Part shown: positions 56,401 to 64,000 of the stretch, piece by piece
Layout of the letters: each line of letters opens with the position of its first letter
Position numbering within the stretch: position 1 is the stretch's first letter
DNA from: Octopus sinensis
Taxonomy: Eukaryota
Reading direction: 5' to 3'
Assembly: GCF_006345805.1 (NCBI RefSeq)
Contig: NC_043008.1
Coordinates: 68,696,001-68,760,000 of the forward strand
DNA length: 64,000 nucleotides
Notes under the pieces: model-generated
Databases searched by the model: none
The model's input: the letters and a program-made list of their open reading frames with translations, nothing else
What the model was told of the DNA's origin: nothing
Translations under genes and position numbers: made by a program

Positions 56401-57419
56401 TGCATATATGGCATAGGGAAATTTGTGAACTTTGAATGTGTAAGAGTACAAGCAAGCGTAAAATAATGTAAACAACAAAAATAAAAGTATATCTAAATAA
56501 CATTTTTTTCCCTAATACTTTTTATGTAGTGGTTGAAGGAAGCTCTGGCTTACGTTAGGAGTGGTCCACATAACCATTCATGATTCAGAGGCTGGGAGCC
56601 TACTTCAGTTCGGGAGTGAATCGTCATCACATGTTACTTACTCGCAAATACATCATATAGTTGCAAAAAAATGCTGTATCCCCAAGACATCTTCTCCAAG
56701 ACATCATCCAGTAATCTATCAATCCATTTACACATTTCTCAATACATACTTCTGTTGAGACTTCCCTCCCTTATTTTATGCCTTTATCGGAGATGGGTAG
56801 ATTTTCGAGTATATATAATGACTCAAATATACACCAATATACACATTTCCACTGGAACCGTTTGCAGGGCCCTTACTGCACCGCAGCCAAAAATTATACT
56901 ACATGAAGGACATATAGTTAAATCACAAAAGGTTATCAAGTAAAATTACACTCGTGATGAAGAAAAAGATCATAAACTCCAATGGCAATACAGTCGAGAA
57001 TAACAATGGAGTAAAAGATTGAATGAAGCCGTGTTTTTGAAAGCGAACCACTGCATATCTCCATTCTTACAATGCTCGTGCTACAGTTTGTGGTGATAGG
57101 GTAATTGTGCATGGCGTTATCTTCTACTATTTATATGGAATCGGTTTAGAAGGTTTCGTGGTTGTGATCTATATCGCCAGTAGTGTTATTTTGTGTCACT
57201 GCATGTAAAGCTGACCTCTTAATATTACTTTTTATCGTGTTATAAAACCAGCGAAGTAGATGGACTTTGCTTCAGTGCCGTACGGATCCAGCAAAAAATT
57301 TCAATGAAAATGCGTATGCATGTGTATGTTTTAGTCTGTGTTTGTCTACTTGTGTATATGTATATATGTATGTAGGCAGCTTGCTATGTACAGAAATACA
57401 TGCAAACATATATATGTGC

Positions 57420-57481
<62 letters not shown>

Positions 57482-57776
57482 GCATGCACGTACATACATA
57501 TACACACAAACACACACAAACATATATAGATGCATATATAAAAATTTATTAACTTCATGAGAACGTGAAATAATTCTGTTTCCTTTTGGAATTGTAGATC
57601 TCGAAGTAGGTAAAGCTATTATAAATAATAGCATGTGAATATTGGTTTAAGAGAACATTTGGATAGTAAAAACCGAATGCAGCCTTCGATTTCTTCTATC
57701 TTGAGTTTTTAATTCAATAGTTATACACTCTAATTTATAGATTAATCTGCTACGAGATCCACTGTTCCAAAAAAGA

Positions 57777-58252
<476 letters not shown>

Positions 58253-58429
58253 CGTGTTTGTTTGTATTAATGTCTGCGCGACTGTCTGCCTTCTGTCAGT
58301 CTGACTGTATATGTATCGAACTATGTGTACATGTATATTACATATATATAGAAATACATGTATATATATATATACCTATTTCTACCATCCATCACACTTT
58401 CCCCACCTCTCTCTGTATATATTATATAT

Positions 58430-58483
<54 letters not shown>

Positions 58484-58954
58484 CTTGATACTTATACATA
58501 CCTATGTATGTATATTTATAAATTGAATACATATATATATATATATATACACACACACGCACACACACACATATATGAATTTACAAACTGCAGAAAAATA
58601 TTAGAATCTACGTATATATTTACACACATGCATACACACGCGCTGGCGCACCCGCACGTACACACATCCACACATCCACACACACACACACACGTACACA
58701 CACACACACGAACATACACACACACACACGCACACATACTTACACACACACACACGTACGTATTACCTGATAACATCATAACAATTAGCTCTCACTTTAA
58801 AAGGTCCATTACAAGGTAATTGGCACGGCAGTTTAAGGTGGAATGTCTTAGAACCAGAGAAATGGTTAGGAACGAACGAAAGGAGAATGAATATCAAAGA
58901 CAGTAAATAGTGTATGTTTGGAGTTTCGACAAGTGTAAACAACAATAACAACTT

Positions 58955-58994
<40 letters not shown>

Positions 58995-59084
58995 GCTGTA
59001 GCTATATTTAAGACAAAATCTAAAGTCTAATAAACATAAAAGTATAAGATATGGTTCCTCTGATGCGGTGGAGGTTGTGGTGAC

Positions 59085-59122
<38 letters not shown>

Positions 59123-59726
59123 CGACGACGACGACAACGATGACGTCGACGACAATGATGATGATATTAATGATAATAAGATGATAATGATCATGAATGT
59201 GATGACAATGACAATGGCAATGATGATAATGATGATGATAGTGGTGTTGGTGGTAGTAGTAGTATAGTAGTAGTAGTAGTAGTGCAGATGATTATGGTGA
59301 TGAAAATGATGATGACTATGCAAAATGGAAATCAGGCTGAAGAAGAAATTTGCGAAAATGTTTTTGCAAACAAAAAAAGAAACTGGAAGTGGTTAGAAAA
59401 TGAAAAAATAAATAAATAAATAAAAAGCAAGGAAACAAAATATACAAAAAAATAAGAAGAAAGGTAAACAGGAAAATCTTTGACTACTTACAAGAATTGT
59501 TGGTAACTACCATCTCCATCTCCACCACCACCACCACCACCACCACCTCCACCACCACCACCACCACAATCACCACCATCTCCATTATCGCCATTACCAT
59601 CTCCACAACCATCACCATCTCAACCACCACCATCATCATCATCTCCATCGTCACCACCATCTCGAAGAAGCCCGAAAACAGATAACGTTAAAAAAGCAAT
59701 GAGGTCGTTGGCAGAACACACACACA

Positions 59727-59776
<50 letters not shown>

Positions 59777-60129
59777 ATATACATACGTCTATATACATAG
59801 ACTCACACTAACGTATAGATAATATGCTTGTGTGTGTTTCTATATTCATATGTATAAAAGGATATAATCTGTAAAAATAAATATACATATATACACGTAT
59901 ATTTATGCATGTATACATACATATATGCACACATATATAAACACGTATGCGTGTATGTGTGTGTATTCCTTTGTATGTGTGTGTTTGAACAAAATTTCCC
60001 AGTGACAACGAACCACAAATCAAACACATCACCGAGTTCAAGTCGCCCTTCAGCTGCATATTTGTATGACGACGTATGTATATGTATGTACATATGCCCG
60101 GAAGGAAGGTGTGTAGCGTGTGGTCGTCG

Positions 60130-60740
60130 CATTGACCATAGCAGTGAAAGTTGAGCAGGGAATCTGCATCAAATTTTGCCAAAAGCTTGGCGATACCTGC
60201 TCTGACTCCTACGCAAAGTTGCAGAAAGTGTATGGAGAGGAGTGTATGAGCCGCACACAAGCGTACGAGTGCTTCAGACGTTTCCAAGATAGTAAAAGAA
60301 AACCATCGATAGTGACAAACGTTCTAGGAGACCCGCAACGAGCAGAACTGAGAAAAGCACCCCAGATGTATGTGCAACTATGAGAGGAAATCGTCGAATT
60401 ACCAGGAAATCGTGAGTTATCAGATGTGCAGATTAGTTACAATTCAGTTCAGTTCATTATCACTGAAGATTTGGGTATGAGACACATGTCTGCCAAGTTT
60501 GTGCCAAAACTGCTTTCAGCTGACCAAAAAGACTCTTGGGCTTCACTTGCACAAGATCTCCTTGATTGTGTCGAGAACGATGAAAACTTTTTTGAAAGCG
60601 GTCATAATGGGTGATTAATCGTAGGTCTATGGCTATGATCCAGAAACAAAGACTTAGTCTTCGCAGTGGAAGACTCCCGACCTCTCCGAGACCAAAGAAA
60701 GCGTAAATGAATCGAAGCAGTGTGAAGACACTGTTGACCA
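60130..60740 (+). mobile_element. Mariner transposase pseudogene (HTH and start of the catalytic domain)
   Basis: EQGICIKFCQKLGDTCS.SYAKLQKVYGEECMSRTQAYECFRRF; SAKFVPKLLSADQK (WVPxxL motif); YGYDPETK; frameshifts and stops. Confidence 0.85.
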
Positions 60741-61688
60741 TTTACTTCGACTTTACCCTAACTTTTCTTTTCAAGTGGAACTTGAAAAAATCGACCAGGG
60801 CATAGCCGAAGAGGAAAGCATCTATCTGCAGTCCTTTCAACCTCATCCACCACATTACCTCTTTCGCTATAACCACGAGAAGGATGAAAACTGCTTTCTT
60901 TTCTCGGCAAAAAGAAGACGGAGGGGCGATTCTCACAATATGCTGCTGATAACTGGATCCGTCTTACACGCGTCAACAGCTGTTCGGTAAGCTCCACAAG
61001 TAAGTGATACCCGGACTCTGGACGAGTTCATGCATACAAGTGTCATCGCACTGGCACATTTCGGATAGGTTCAACCGATTGCATTTCCATGCATGTAGAG
61101 CTTGTCTCATGTAGAGCTTGTCTCAAAGCTGTAGAGCTCCCCGGTAACACTGCCAGGCCGGCAATTCCTGGTAATTATCGTTAAGCCTCGACCCGATAGT
61201 CCTCCGGAAAAGACCAGAGTTTCCCCGAGAACGTTGTCGCTAAGCATATATGTACACACAAGGTACTGGATTTATACGAGAAATATGCGTATTAATGTGA
61301 CATCGCTGTCCCCATTCTTGCAAATGACGAAGCACCTCAAACGACCAAATATCTGCAAAACTAACCATGCTTACCTGTTCATACAAATACGTAAACAAAC
61401 AGATTCCAATGTATATATATATTCCTGAACGTATAGCAATAGCAACACTACATACACACACATACACACATACATACACAAATAACACATATACATATAC
61501 ACGCACACAAACACATATACATAGGTTTGTATAAGTTGATTTATAAACATAAAGAAGCCAAGCGATTAATAATTGTACAAAGGTAGAAACGTTCTAAGTT
61601 ATATTGAAAATAAGTATGTAAAACACTATGTAAGTATCCAGATAGCATACATGTGCAAAATCAGTTGATAATCTTAAAAGATACACTT

Positions 61689-61833
<145 letters not shown>

Positions 61834-62149
61834 TATATATATATATACATACATATATATACACATACGTAATATACAATATATATATAGGTCCCTTTTA
61901 CACAGACACACACACATATACATAAGCAGGATGTTCGTGTTAAATCTGAGGAATTTTTATCTCTCCTCTTTTAGTCTGTCTGTCTGTCTGTCAGTCTGTC
62001 TGTCTCTCTCTCATTCTCTATCTATCTGTCTGTATCCTTGTCTCTATCCTTCCCCTATTTTCTTCTGTCTTTCTATATATGTTGTTTGTGTGTATATGTA
62101 TGCCTTTCTATTTCAGGAACAACTTGGTGTATTGATGAACGATTAACGG

Positions 62150-63400
62150 ATTTGGAGAGCATAAAAATTAAACTCGTAGCTGAGAAAAAGTCAGCTGACA
62201 AGTAGGACTGGAAGCCATCTGAATATTGGAAAACTGTTACCTGTATGATAATGATTCGCGCCGGGTGTCAAAATGTCGGCGCAAACATGACTGCTGCTCA
62301 ATATTCTGTGAACATTGTTAAGCTGTAAGACGTGACATGGAGACTAAGCAGCCGTGGCCAGTAGAATAGGCATTCTGTTTGCACCCGCACGTGAAAATTA
62401 CTCCAATAACTACATGACAGGGTGGTGGAAGATCCAAGCAAGGGAATCTGGGCTTTGACGAGAGAGATGGTTGCCGGAGTCACCACTATGAAGCTAGCGT
62501 ATGGATGAGGACCTTCTCTACCACTCGCATATGATGCGCAAGGGACAACTTCTGATAGCCTATGCCAAGAGTAAGGGGAACCGCTTGACGAAGTCAAAGA
62601 AGCTCACGAACAAGCTGAAGCATCGTGGAGAGCCGGTGATGATCTGGTTCTTCTCAGATGAAAAGAACTTTTAATGGGCCAGTCCCCCAACGTCAAAAAC
62701 TTCTCAGGACCAGTTACTCAATGTCATGAACAACAGGTGGCTTGCTAACAATCCACGAGATTGCAGAAATCCCACGTACCACGAAAACAAAGCTACCTAA
62801 AATGTTGATGGTCTTTGAGTGTCTCCAGTAATTGAGACGTCATGCCACCCCACATATTTGAACAAAGCCTTTAGCTCAGTTCAGACGGCTATGTGAAGCT
62901 GCTGGAGACTATGGTCAAACTCTGCCTGGAGAGGATTACTGTTGGAAATCCATATGTATGTAGCAGGATTCGGCTCCTTGCCATACATCCAAAAGGAGTC
63001 AGTAGTGACTGTCGGAGAATTTCTGATACTTTTTCAGCCCCAATTTCTTGCTTTATAATTCCACCGATTGTAATCCTATGGATTGCTGCGTGGGACGCGG
63101 TTGAGAAAGACTCCAACCGCTCTGTAACACCAAGGCCGAACTGGTGGCCAAGATCAAAGAAGTGTTCGAAGATCTTTCTAGGGACACAGTAAGGAACGCA
63201 TGCGTCAAGTTCCGGGGCCGTCTTGAGACCGAGGTGGAAACTGAGGGCGGCTATTTTAAGAAAACTGGTATTTCTCAGCCATAATGAAGTTGATATTTTA
63301 TATATTTTTGAGATTTTTAAAATACTTTTATTTTTGGACCGGATATAGTGTTTGCTTTTCTTTTAATGCCAACTGTCAAATTTAGCCCGAAAACCATATG
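62150..63400 (+). mobile_element. DD37D/maT-like Tc1/mariner transposon fossil
   Basis: WFFSDEKNF, QDSAPCH and PDCNPMD remnants; degenerate right TIR TGTCAAATTTAGCCCGAAAACC is complementary to the 43390 left end. Confidence 0.75.
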
Positions 63401-63419
63401 CGTGTGTATGCGTGTTTAT

Positions 63420-63655
<236 letters not shown>

Positions 63656-64000
63656 TAAAAACAGAAAGGAAAAGGCAAACCGTTTGGCCAAACTTACAAA
63701 GACAAATAATTTAGATATATAATAAAAAGGTATACTAATTGTACTTGAAAGTTTTGCAAAACGATTTACCGTTCCAGTTCTGTTTTAATCTATACCTATC
63801 TGCTCAAAGAGAAGCCACTCCCAACCGCTTCAGAAAGGCAGTCGCATCATCACATGTTCAACTGCAGTTCAAACCGGAGTTTTAGTGGCAAAACAAAATT
63901 GAGCACTCAGAGTGCATGCCGATTAGTTGATTCATCCTGACGAAAGTTCCTCATGTCTATATATATATATACTATATATATATATTATAATATATATATA

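Noticed and set aside
56600-57100. Minus-strand snippets vaguely like nAChR M1-M4 (PLLFSTVL, VYIGVYL, KWIDRLL)
   Set aside because: They fall in different frames with multiple stops, with no hydrophobic M3 and no Cys-loop motif; not distinguishable from chance.
60742-61200. Stop-poor segment abutting the mariner fragment
   Set aside because: No diagnostic motif in either strand; probably another decayed element, left unclassified.

Overview
Eukaryotic, very AT-rich and microsatellite-dense genomic DNA. The tRNA-derived SINE families, R4/Dong, CR1 and Penelope retroelements and the simple-repeat load point to an octopus (coleoid cephalopod) genome; this is an inference, not database-checked. 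Only one host coding segment is well supported: a spliced terminal exon (8495-8794, +) encoding the end of the M3-M4 loop and the M4 helix of a divergent nicotinic-acetylcholine-receptor-like Cys-loop channel subunit. Its upstream exons were not found in the window. The rest is intronic/intergenic: at least four SINE families, CR1, R4/Dong, HERO-like and RTE-like LINE fragments, four Penelope-like element (PLE) remnants, hammerhead-ribozyme motifs, mariner and DD37D(maT)-type transposon fossils and MITEs. Nearly all ORFs in the supplied track are microsatellite read-throughs. The most notable structures are: an 830-bp long-TIR element with an 8-bp TSD and telomere-type repeats in both arms; a ~180-bp near-perfect hairpin downstream of the receptor exon; a PLE with an apparent twin-priming inversion and a 3' hammerhead; and R4/Dong insertions sitting in trinucleotide microsatellites. 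Repeat boundaries were read by eye and are approximate unless stated as exact.
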